DNA of 64,000 nucleotides from an uncultured Nitrososphaerales archaeon (GTDB taxonomy: Archaea > Thermoproteota > Nitrososphaeria > Nitrososphaerales > Nitrososphaeraceae). Below the pieces are notes generated by a model. That model did no database searches and was not told the origin of the DNA. It was given only the letters and a program-made list of their open reading frames with translations. This document shows positions 10,418 to 20,115 of the stretch, piece after piece (positions within the stretch are counted from its first letter, which is position 1; each line of letters opens with the position of its first letter). The stretch spans positions 288,001 through 352,000 of the forward strand of contig CAVOHZ010000008.1 in the NCBI GenBank assembly GCA_963695855.1, given 5' to 3'. The position numbers and the translations under genes were made by a program.

Positions 10418-10549
10418 TCAAAAACTTTCCCCTTGTTTATTATGATTTTTAATGTGGCATTGGTCAGAACAAAAATAATCATCACATATGTTACAATATA
10501 TTGGATAGTCTTGAATCTTCTTATAGCAGCTCGCACACGTGGTAGCCAT
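10418..10549 (-). CDS. Small zinc-finger protein (43 aa, not in ORF track)
   Basis: MATTCASCYKKIQDYPIYCNICDDYFCSDQCHIKNHNKQGESF; CxxC/CxxC/CxxxC/H pattern. Confidence 0.6.
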   Translation of the reverse strand: MATTCASCYKKIQDYPIYCNICDDYFCSDQCHIKNHNKQGESF

Positions 10550-10767
10550 ATCCAAATTTTATTATCATACGATGTATTGTATTTCTTACTTACAAAGTTT
10601 TCTTTTTAGATTCAATATTATAGTTAAATAAATCTAGTCAATCGAAACTGGAAAAATGATTTATCTAAAATTGGTATATAGTTTTATTACAGAAGTAAAA
10701 TTTTACTTTAAATGAAAGGAAACGACTGACTAAAATACTGGAAGAGATCATCTACAAGATAATTGAT

Positions 10768-11418
10768 ATGAAAATTGGAATTATTGGAGCAGGTGATGTT
10801 GGCAGCACTCTAGGAAATAGGTGGATAAGAAAAGGAAATCAGATTTTCTTTGGAGTTAGAAACATCAATAGTTCTAAAGTTCAAAATATGTTAAAATCTC
10901 TAGGCTCCGATATTAAAGTTGGAACCATTAGCGAAGCAGCTTCGTTTGGAGATGTAGTAGTACTGTGCGTACCTTGGGAGGCAGCAAAAGAAACTATCGA
11001 AAATGCTGGAGATTTATCTGAAAAGATCTTGGTGGATCTTACTAATCCAATTAGTAAAGATCTAAAAAGTTTAGTAGTCGAACCTTCAACATCAGCTGCT
11101 GAAGAGATTGCAAGATGGTGTAAAGGTTCTAAGGTGGTGAAAGCATTTAATGCCATAGGTGCGAAGACTATGAATGACCTCCAATTTGATTCTTATAGAG
11201 CAGATACTTTTATTTGCGGAGACGATTTTAAAGCAAAATCCGTAGTAACGAAATTAGCAAAAGAAGTAGGTTTTGATGTTGTAGATGTTGGTCCTCTTAT
11301 TAATGCAAGACTGCTGGAACAATTGGCGTTATTGTGGATTGAATTGGTCATTAGACAGAAAATGGGACCAAACATTGCTTTTAAACTCTTGAAAAGAAGA
11401 CCTCGTTTGGAGATGTAG
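10768..11418 (+). CDS. F420-dependent NADP oxidoreductase (F420_oxidored family)
   Basis: GIIGAGDVG Rossmann motif, VDLTNP, VVKAFN, FICGDD. Confidence 0.85.
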   Translation: MKIGIIGAGDVGSTLGNRWIRKGNQIFFGVRNINSSKVQNMLKSLGSDIKVGTISEAASFGDVVVLCVPWEAAKETIENAGDLSEKILVDLTNPISKDLKSLVVEPSTSAAEEIARWCKGSKVVKAFNAIGAKTMNDLQFDSYRADTFICGDDFKAKSVVTKLAKEVGFDVVDVGPLINARLLEQLALLWIELVIRQKMGPNIAFKLLKRRPRLEM

Positions 11419-11861
11419 TAGTACTGTGCGTACCTTGGGAGGCAGCAAAAGAAACTATCGAAAATGCTGGAGATTTATCTGAAAAGATCTTGGTGGATCT
11501 TACTAATCCAATTAGTAAAGATCTAAAAAGTTTAGTAGTCGAACCTTCAACATCAGCTGCTGAAGAGATTGCAAGATGGTGTAAAGGTTCTAAGGTGGTG
11601 AAAGCATTTAATGCCATAGGTGCGAAGACTATGAATGACCTCCAATTTGATTCTTATAGAGCAGATACTTTTATTTGCGGAGACGATTTTAAAGCAAAAT
11701 CCGTAGTAACGAAATTAGCAAAAGAAGTAGGTTTTGATGTTGTAGATGTTGGTCCTCTTATTAATGCAAGACTGCTGGAACAATTGGCGTTATTGTGGAT
11801 TGAATTGGTCATTAGACAGAAAATGGGACCAAACATTGCTTTTAAACTCTTGAAAAGAAGA
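11403..11861 (+). repeat. Tandem duplicate of 10942-11400 (period 461 bp), 3' part of the oxidoreductase gene
   Basis: Appears identical by eye; the second copy ends RRGGM*, the first RRPRLEM*. Confidence 0.95.
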
Positions 11862-11942
11862 GGTGGAATGTAATATTAATTGCATATTTTCTTGTTTTGG
11901 TCATTAATTTCAATATTATTAATCTTTGTAGATAGTTAACAG

Positions 11943-12672
11943 GGTGCTGTTAACTTAAGTTGGTTCGTCTCCTAATTTGAGGGATAGAGTTTCATTTCTC
12001 ATTCCTGAATTATAGAAATATACAAATAATTTCATGCAATTGTAAATATGTGATAGACCACAATTTTTCTTTATTGTTATTGTTCTTACAAGGATAGTAA
12101 TCATCAGAAGATTCAATTCTGTCCTTGAAATATTGCTTTACCCTTTCAATCAAACTCTTTTCTATGGTGAATGCAAGCGATGTTTCAAATGTAAGAAATG
12201 ACATGCTTGTGGATACCAAGTACCACCATCTGTATAAACTATATGTCTTCCATATTTGTCAACCAAAGAATTGATAAAATTATTTGCTACAATCATGTTT
12301 CTCTCTTCTGAAATATAGATTCCAAGTACAGATCTATGAATCGGTTCGATTACAATCCATAACAAAAAATGTTGACCACCAATCTGAATTATAGTTTCAT
12401 CTATGATGAATACAGATATTCTTCTGTGTTTGTTATATATTTGGCATGAACCAAATCGTTGAATCTACTCGCACACAGCAACATAACTTCTTTTTTTGTT
12501 CCTTAAATGGTTCCAATGCATTAGACGTATTTCGTAGACTGAGGCCAAGAAAGTATAGATAAAGAGAATACATTACCATAACTGTGGATGTTCTATTTCT
12601 AATGAATTTAATAAGCATAGATTAGAAATAATACATTAGCATCTAAATCTATTTCCTTAAATTAACAGGTAC
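11943..12672 (-). mobile_element. IS6-family element, frameshifted
   Basis: TIR ggtgctgttaacttaag; [13 protein letters not shown] motif. Confidence 0.85.
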
Positions 12673-12677
12673 AATTA

Positions 12678-12842
12678 GTGTGTAGCTTAATTCAACAATA
12701 ATAAATTTTATTCATAAACAAATTATGCTACAACAATATGAACTTGTTATATAACATTATCTTTACAGTAGTCGCCATCCTTTGCATACTAAATTTTTTT
12801 GATAGTAAATGTTCGACCAATACACGTTTTAACGATGAAAAG
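12678..12842 (-). mobile_element. 3' remnant of an IS5-like element, homologous to 45661-45822
   Basis: Aligns with the 45.7 kb copy, which translates to SLKRVMGKHLLSSKF. Confidence 0.55.
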
Positions 12843-12863
12843 AGATTATATAATTTTCTCAAT

Positions 12864-13166
12864 TTATCTACTACATGTAGGAAGTAAATCTAAATGAAAT
12901 TTAGAATCCTCTTGATCGACTAATGTCCACCTTCCATACGTTATAGTATCTACTTTAAGACGAATAATCTTGCCTAATCTATCGGTAAAAATATTGACTA
13001 CGTCGTCTATTGTACTATTTCGGAGTTTCATTCTAATCTCTTCAATGGTAAATTCGATATCCGTTTCGTGCCTTTTAGGACTTGTATCATGATCATTCAT
13101 AATCACACTATGTACGTGTCCTTTTTTGTCTTTTTTGACGCATTTTATGTAAATGTTATGACTCAT
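12864..13166 (-). CDS. Hypothetical protein (100 aa)
   Basis: ATG-initiated ORF with protein-like composition. Confidence 0.6.
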   Translation of the reverse strand: MSHNIYIKCVKKDKKGHVHSVIMNDHDTSPKRHETDIEFTIEEIRMKLRNSTIDDVVNIFTDRLGKIIRLKVDTITYGRWTLVDQEDSKFHLDLLPTCSR

Positions 13167-13370
13167 GATATATACTCACCTCGCTACTAAATATATCATA
13201 TATCAAATAGAGAACGTGAAATTAAATAACCATTTCATATGTAAATGACTTTATATGTTATTTAATAATAATTCTAAATATCGTATCCTATTTTTCAACC
13301 TTCTTAGATACACAATATGAAATTACCTTCGGTTGTAATGCACTACATAAGAGGCAGAAATGCCACTCGA

Positions 13371-13404
13371 TCCGAATGGCCCGTTTTTATCAGTGTTCGT
13401 ATAC
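13371..13404 (-). repeat. att-like site 7 (degenerate), upstream of an integrase pseudogene
   Basis: tccgaatggcccgtttttatcagtgttcgtatac aligns with the reverse complement of site 2, cccgacgggcccgttatgtattcgggttcatatac. Confidence 0.7.
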
Positions 13405-13431
13405 ATGTGTATTTTTATAATATTTGTAATA

Positions 13432-13695
13432 ATGAGTTACTCTCATAGTTTAAAAAATGTATGAGCAAATTGAAACCGCTGAAAGTAATTTAAATAAAAA
13501 TTTGATAGGAATTTTCAAAATATCTAGTCTCAAAAGATACAAGTGCAAATTATCAGAGAAACTGTATCAAAGTTATGTTGATGTTTGCAGATTTTTTACA
13601 GTCAAGAAAATAGGTAAGCAACTTAACAGTAGTAAATTCTTTTGATGATATTATAGCATTTTTGAATACAAGAAGAAAAAACAAAGATGAAGACT
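13432..13695 (+). pseudogene. N-terminal remnant of a paralogue of the 2261-3544 integrase
   Basis: NKNLI.EFSKYLVSKDTSANYQRNCIKVMLMFADFL..IIAFLNTRRKNKDED aligns with NKQLILQFYDFMKRIGTSERYQNNNLKAIIAYSKFL..IFPFLDTQIKSIETD. Confidence 0.8.
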
Positions 13696-13730
13696 TCTAG
13701 TTCTATTATTGTCTAAAACTTATGAATCGC

Positions 13731-13770
13731 TACATTAGACTCTTATTTTCGCACCGCTATCGGTGTTACT
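13731..13770 (-). repeat. att-like site 8 (arm A + 3 bp of core)
   Basis: Reverse complement agt-aacaccgatagcggtgcgaaaataagagtctaatgta. Confidence 0.9.
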
Positions 13771-13911
13771 GTCTCCTGCAGATATTTCACCTGTCTATAC
13801 TTTTAAAGTATCCAAAATCAATCTTATCAAGTTCTAATTATGACTATACTATTTTTAAAAATAATTTAATATTTTATATAGATAAACAAAAGAAGAATAT
13901 GACGATATTTA

Positions 13912-14607
13912 TCACATAACAATTAAGCGATTAACAATTCCATATACTTGCTGATTTCCAAAATGATTTCCTGTATCTTTATCATCTGGGTCAATAGTTA
14001 TTGTATTGCCTTTAGAAATGGTTATTGATACTTCTGCATGACTCCATCTAGTTATGCCATTTATTTTAATATCAGCGGTTCCATTTATTGATAAACTGTT
14101 ATTACTATTATTATCTGATGTAGATAGAATTATCACGCCTCCATCATCTTCATTTGCACTAAAGTTTGTTATTTGATGAATATGTCCCATTGAACCATCC
14201 ATAGGCGATGCCAAAAAACTTGCTTCAAAGTTTGTTACATTTCCATTATGGACATTTAAAATCCAGTCTCCAGTTAATATTACTTTGAATGCATTTGTTA
14301 TATTGAATTTATCTTCAGGAACTGTTATAACTAAAGAGCTTATTGTTCCTATAGCAGAAAAAGTTGTGCTCCTATTGCTATTACTACTACTATTTATTAC
14401 AGATTGAGTATTTAGATTCATTTTTTGATTTGTATCTTTATCTTTTTCCATTTGAGCAAATACAATAAATGATGATTCATAATCACCATAATTGTTTCTA
14501 ATCATGGCAAATGTAACTATAGATAATGATAGCACAAGGAATATTGTCGTTATAACTTTAGTTATAGTATTGAATGATGATGACGACAATACTCTTGTTG
14601 TAAACAT
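13912..14607 (-). CDS. Secreted beta-rich hypothetical protein
   Basis: Signal/TM segment; C-terminal NHFGNQQVYG motif. Confidence 0.75.
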   Translation of the reverse strand: MFTTRVLSSSSFNTITKVITTIFLVLSLSIVTFAMIRNNYGDYESSFIVFAQMEKDKDTNQKMNLNTQSVINSSSNSNRSTTFSAIGTISSLVITVPEDKFNITNAFKVILTGDWILNVHNGNVTNFEASFLASPMDGSMGHIHQITNFSANEDDGGVIILSTSDNNSNNSLSINGTADIKINGITRWSHAEVSITISKGNTITIDPDDKDTGNHFGNQQVYGIVNRLIVM

Positions 14608-14881
14608 TATTATCGTTATTCTTAATTCTATTATAAATATCTAAAATAATTAGCTTATTATATGGTAAACTAAAGATGTAAATTTCTATTATACTTCTTA
14701 CCGTCCTTTATATTAGACTTTACCTAAGAAAAGTTATTATCCTTCTTGTTTCCTTTCTAATAAAACATGTAATTTTTCATCATTCATTATCTTTTCAAAT
14801 AAAAAAGGAACATAGAAAACAAGAAGTGACTGATAACTGATAATAAAATCTAAATACAAGATAGTAGTATCTCTACAATAA

Positions 14882-14945
14882 ACTCTTATTTTTGCACCGC
14901 TATCGGTATTACTCCCAACGGGCCCAACGTTTCCTCGGGCACTAC
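14882..14945 (-). repeat. att-like site 9
   Basis: Reverse complement gtgcccgaggaaacgt-tgggcccgttgggagt-aataccgatagcggtgcaaaaataagagt. Confidence 0.9.
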
Positions 14946-15058
14946 TTTGTTTTAGACCCCCTTGAGTTTCTATCTATCTATCTAATGTTGTTATAGTATA
15001 ATGAAATTGAAGATTATATCATTATACATATATAATTTTATTAGTCTAGTAATATGCC

Positions 15059-15262
15059 TTGCGAATGTTAGATAAAACCAATACAGAAAATATCCCTAAT
15101 ACGAGTTGGTGTCCTAGTTGCCTGGAAGAAGGAATTTCTGTTCAATTGGGTCCACGCCTTTACAAGAAAGAGGAATTAATTGATGGTGACCTACCACATG
15201 ATTCTTTTGATTGGCTAGAGTGCCGTGATTGCGGTCATATAGTCAAAGATTATTTTAATTAA
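15059..15262 (+). CDS. Small zinc-ribbon protein
   Basis: WCPSC...LECRDCG; between sites 9 and 10. Confidence 0.7.
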   Translation: MRMLDKTNTENIPNTSWCPSCLEEGISVQLGPRLYKKEELIDGDLPHDSFDWLECRDCGHIVKDYFN

Positions 15263-15317
15263 TTAACTAATTTATTACTCTAGTGATATTTTGTTACCGA
15301 ACATGGATAAGGTAACT

Positions 15318-15359
15318 GTTCAACTCCCGACTGGCCCGTAGTTTTCTACGGCCCACTAT
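15318..15359 (-). repeat. att-like site 10, retains a tRNA-like T-loop
   Basis: Plus strand gttcaactcccgactggcccgta-gttttctacggcccactat. Confidence 0.85.
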
Positions 15360-16091
15360 ATACGATAAATATTATTTATGCATCATCTGCTTTAGAGACT
15401 AATATGTTTTTAGAGTTTAAAACCGATAAGATACACAAAATTCATATAATAAATGGAGATTTATAATACTGCAATATATTATTTTATAAAAACACTCCAC
15501 AATAAAAAAAATTATTATGAATAGGAGAAAGGATTTGTCTGCTAGAATTGACAATTAAAAAACATAAGCTAGTTGGTGTAGAAACTGTCTTTTCTATATC
15601 AAGAATATTTGGAAATATGTTACTCCCATTACACTCTTTTTATTCTAAGTTTACATCTGTCTAACATTTCATCTACAGTGTCAGTATCATTTTTGTTTTA
15701 TGCATTTCATTCAATTATTTTAACTAGTTTTATGCTAAATTTTTTTATCCGGTTAAAAATAAGGATAGCATCTGTTCCATCAAAAAAACAACAATAGGAA
15801 AGAAAGAAACAGATAATTCGATATGAAAAAGAAAAGGTAAGGATTACAAACTTTGATATTGTAATTACGAATGATGTAAATTTTGATTCAAGTTAGAGCA
15901 AATATGTTAAACGTTATTATAGTAATCATTAATTGTCAAGCTTCATACGATCAATATGTTATTTTAAGACTGATAAAAACACTTATGGATTATGAAACAA
16001 AAAATTTTGATTCTATAAATAATTCCAAAATTCTAATACATAGAGAATATCTTTTTACATAATTGATAAAAATAATTTGTTTGTTTGATAA

Positions 16092-17024
16092 TTATTGACA
16101 GAATTTTCTTAGTTCTTTAACAAATTCAATAGTTTTGTTTACATCATAATTTTTTTCTGCATTCATGGCAAGAATTACTCTATCTACGCCAGATCTTTCG
16201 AGCATAGATAAATCAGAACCAATTTCATCAATTGTTTCTCCAGTCATAGGAGACCGATTACTTTTTTTTTCAGAGCTACTTCCCACAAGATAAGGAAATG
16301 TTAAAATAGTTAGATCAAAATCCTTCCTTTCTCTTGTACTTTTTTTAATCGAATCATTGAACATTTTAATGGAATTTTCAAAATATTCAAATGATCCTGC
16401 TAAGGTTCCTATATAACCATCTCCATATTTTATCATACGCTCAAACGTCTTTGGCGAGAAACCCCCAAGAAAAATTTTAGGGTGAGGTTTTTGAATAGGC
16501 TTTGGATCAATTATTGACTTCGGAATTTTGTAAAAGTCTTCATTAAATTCTACAATGTCTTCTGTCCATACCTTTTTCATAGCTTTGAGAATTTCGTTTG
16601 CTCTTTCTCCTCTTTTCTCATAAGGAATATTAGCGGCAAGATACTCATCTTTTGACCATCCAATACCAAAACCACAGATTGTCCTACCTTCAGATAAAAT
16701 GTCTATTGTAGTAAACTCTTTAGCAAGTGTTATAGGATTATGAAAAATCATATCAATAATACAAGTTCCTAAATTTACCTTTGTTGTATTAGCCGCAATA
16801 AATGCTAATGTTGTTAATGGATCTAAAACATTCTTAAAAAATTCAGGCCATTCTCTTTTATCTGGAGTCCCGGGATACGGCTGTTGGGGATTGAGAGCAT
16901 ATAGCATTCTATCATATACCCAAAGTGATTCAAATCCTTCTTGTTCTGCAAGTTGAACAAATCTAATTAGATTTTCTTTAGTAGCATTTATGCCAAATTG
17001 AGGAACAGCTAATCCTACTTTCAT
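16092..17024 (-). CDS. LLM-class F420-dependent oxidoreductase
   Basis: AEQEGFESLWVYD, LDPLTTLAFIAA, PKPIQKPHPKIFLGG. Confidence 0.9.
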   Translation of the reverse strand: MKVGLAVPQFGINATKENLIRFVQLAEQEGFESLWVYDRMLYALNPQQPYPGTPDKREWPEFFKNVLDPLTTLAFIAANTTKVNLGTCIIDMIFHNPITLAKEFTTIDILSEGRTICGFGIGWSKDEYLAANIPYEKRGERANEILKAMKKVWTEDIVEFNEDFYKIPKSIIDPKPIQKPHPKIFLGGFSPKTFERMIKYGDGYIGTLAGSFEYFENSIKMFNDSIKKSTRERKDFDLTILTFPYLVGSSSEKKSNRSPMTGETIDEIGSDLSMLERSGVDRVILAMNAEKNYDVNKTIEFVKELRKFCQ

Positions 17025-17085
17025 ATCTATTATTAATTTTTATACTATAAAGACATAATGTAATCAATATTAGTATCTATTTTTC

Positions 17086-17526
17086 TTAATTAGAATATTT
17101 CCAACTTATAGTCTTTTGAATATCAATTATAATGCAAATGTCTCCAATTCCTACCATTTTTTTATACTGAAGATATTTTTCTGACAATAGTGAATGAGCT
17201 TTTTCTATCGTATCTCTATCTTTTAACCTATTTACTATTTTTGCTTTACCTTGGATTATTAAATAAGAAAGATTACTCCAGTCTTTATCGTCATATGTAT
17301 CAATTAGAAAAGAAATATTAGGATTTTTTTGTATATTTTTTACTCTTTTTAACTGGTTTGAATTTACCCTTTTAGGTTTGTCATCTATTGGAATGAAGAT
17401 ATTATTACCATCAAATGCAAATACCACGGGTATTAGGTAAGGTTGATTAATCTCAGGATCTACTGTTGCTAATCTGGCTATTTTTGAATTATTCAAATTT
17501 TCTAATGTTTTTCTGTTTTGCATCAA
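17086..17526 (-). CDS. PPOX-class (pyridoxamine 5'-phosphate oxidase-like) probable F420-dependent enzyme
   Basis: ARLATVD, PVVF, IDDKPK, LKRVKNI..NP, DWSNL. Confidence 0.85.
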   Translation of the reverse strand: MMQNRKTLENLNNSKIARLATVDPEINQPYLIPVVFAFDGNNIFIPIDDKPKRVNSNQLKRVKNIQKNPNISFLIDTYDDKDWSNLSYLIIQGKAKIVNRLKDRDTIEKAHSLLSEKYLQYKKMVGIGDICIIIDIQKTISWKYSN

Positions 17527-17839
17527 TCTACTGCTATAGAAAAGATCTATAACTTAAATTTTTATACTTGTGATTTTTTATATGATAAAATCTTTTATCT
17601 ATAATTTAGATAGAACAACAAATAATATAAAAACATAATAGATGTTTTCCACTTGCTCCCATTAACTAAATGGAGTCCATACTTCCAAATAGGTATATTT
17701 AATATGTTACTAAAGTACTTTATATTATAAAGATTAAATGGGACCAGATAACTTAAATGGGTTCACTACTGTTGATCAGCTAGATTTGTGGGATTTGAAT
17801 GCTTCTATAAAGTGGGGATAGATATTTTCTAATATTAGT

Positions 17840-18889
17840 TGTTGTACTTACACAGATAGGTAACAGATTCACTTACCAACATGGGTAACACTTTTTATCT
17901 GCTTATTTGTTTTGATATTCTTACAACTATTTAATCTTCCTTTCATAAGAAACATTTCAGATGGTGTGTGACCATTGATTCCACCATGTTCTCTTGTTTC
18001 ATTGTATGCTTTGACAAACATGGAATATCTTCTCTTTCCTTCTTCTCTGTTGGAAATATTTTCTATTGCCAAAAATTCATTTTTGACTATCTTGTTATAT
18101 GCTTCAATTTTACCCTGTAGTTGTGGATATCTAGCAGGTATGGATTTATCTTTAATGTTGTTACGTTGTAGAAAACGTCTGAAGATTTTGGATGTAAGCT
18201 GTTTACCATTATCATGCATTATTTTGTGAGGTTTACCATTCTCTACTATGTAGTCTTCCAGTACCTGTAGTACATCTACACTTCGTTTTCTTTCAGACCA
18301 GTCACTTGTTACCTTTCTTGAACAGTCATCTTCACAACTGATAAAATAGTTCTTTTGAGTAGAATTCTCAAGGTAAAATGGTCCTAAAATGTCCATCTGT
18401 ACCATTTGATTGGGTTTTTCCATTGCAAATCTTTTGTATTTTCTATTTCTGATCTTGCATCTTAGTATGTTCAGTCCATGTCTTTTCAGTATCTTGTAGA
18501 TGGTTTTTGTACTGAAGGAGATATCATTCAGTCGTCTTAACCTGAACCTTATGCGATTGCAACCAAATCTTTTTGTTACACGTAAATCCAATATTTCCTG
18601 TTCTATCTCATTTGTTACTTTTCCAGGTTGTATATTATATGGTTTCCTACTTTTATCCCGTAAACCGTCTATTCCATTCTCAAGGTACCTGTTCTTCCAT
18701 TTGTAGTATGACTTTCTAGATGTATGATATCTATTACAGATATTAGTTACAGTATCTCCAGTCGACTCTTTCTCATGAATTAAATTAAATTTTGTTTGTA
18801 ATTCTATTTTTGTATACACTTCCTAGCAGATTAGGAAGTGTTACCTATCTCGGTAAATGAAATTGTAACCTATGTTGGTAAGTACAACA
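17840..18889 (-). mobile_element. IS481-family element, apparently intact (transposase 17869-18819)
   Basis: Ends tgttgtactta / taagtacaaca, 6-bp TSD attagt (17834-17839, 18890-18895), HTH + rve DDE domain. Confidence 0.92.
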
Positions 18890-19202
18890 ATTAGTTATTA
18901 TATTAATTCTAGTCTACTGAAGAGGATCAAATAAGAAAATGGATAAAGTGAATGAAGATGTTAATGGTGACTTAGCAGATAAACTAATTATGTTATTAGA
19001 AGACTACTAACAATACTAAGAACAAACAATATATTTTATCATATTGTCAAAGATTATAATGAAGTTTAAAAAATAATGTATGTTATTTGTACACAAAAGT
19101 ACTATTTTGCAGCAATGCTAGGACAGTAGGATCTATCCTACCAGCATCGGACATGGTGAAGTAATGAGTTGACGTGTCTGCCTATGCTCCATAGGGTTTA
19201 TT

Positions 19203-19237
19203 CTCTTATTATTGCACCGCTATCGGTGTTACTCCCG
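19203..19237 (-). repeat. att-like site 11 (arm A + part of core)
   Basis: Reverse complement cgggagt-aacaccgatagcggtgcaataataagag. Confidence 0.88.
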
Positions 19238-19289
19238 GAATAATAACAAAAACCGACATAGTCAGAGCTATAAAAGACATGAAGGAATG

Positions 19290-19421
19290 ATCAAAGTCAT
19301 TTATAAATTTCCAATATCTCTAAATGATACATGAGCTCGTTTTCTTATCTGATTTAATTGCTTTTTCCTACTTCTGTAATTTAATAACTAGATCCCTTTT
19401 TTGAAATTTATTTAATTGCAT
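19290..19421 (-). pseudogene. HTH protein N-terminal remnant, same family as 963-1330
   Basis: MQLNKFQKRDLVIKLQK*..AHVSFRDIG. Confidence 0.5.
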
Positions 19422-19844
19422 ATGTGTATTACCATCTAACTACAGTATAGTTAGTTTTGAATGGAGCCCTGTTTTCACCTTGTTCTAACTTGATTTCACA
19501 TATTGATACGATGTTTTCAATTAATACCATCTGATTTCTATTGTCTTTTGTAGTTTCAAGTCATTCGTGAAAAACGTGTAAAATGCTACTGTATTTCAAA
19601 AAAATTTTAAAAAAGTTCGTATTTGAACTAGTTTTCATCTCGTTGAAAGCACTATCATATATCAATTAGCATGAATATGCTGGCTCAATTCTATCGCCTG
19701 CTTGCACATTTTACATAAAGATAGTATAGCTAGTGCTAATAACTTGATATATCATATTTGTTGCCACAAAAGTATCAAAGACAGGATTTGAAAAAAATAT
19801 ACGACTCTGAACATGATACTAATGTAAAGTAAAATTCGGATAGA

Positions 19845-19935
19845 GAAATTTTCAAATATCTTGTAGCAAAAGACTCGAGTGCAAGTTATCAAAGAAACTG
19901 TACCAAAATTCTGGTAATGCTTGCAGAAATTACTA
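19845..19935 (+). pseudogene. Third integrase N-terminal remnant
   Basis: FKYLVAKDSSASYQRNCTKILVMLAE is close to the 13510 remnant. Confidence 0.65.
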
Positions 19936-20115
19936 AGAAAGATAATGCTTATGCCTATCTACATAAAAACATTGATTATTTTTATGGTATAGAAATTTAT
20001 TATATGCATTCAAACTATTATTGATCTAGTATGGTAGTTATAAGACATCTATCTTAATTTAAAATTTTACATTTTGATATTATGCTTATAATAGTAGGAG
20101 AACTAAAATAGATAT

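Noticed and set aside
12678-12842. 165-bp repeat shared with 45661-45822 as a novel ncRNA
   Set aside because: The minus-strand translation of the longer copy resembles an IS5-type transposase C-terminus.
15290-15345. Complete tRNA gene at site 10
   Set aside because: Only the T-loop and 3' acceptor strand match; upstream DNA cannot form the 5' acceptor, D or anticodon arms.
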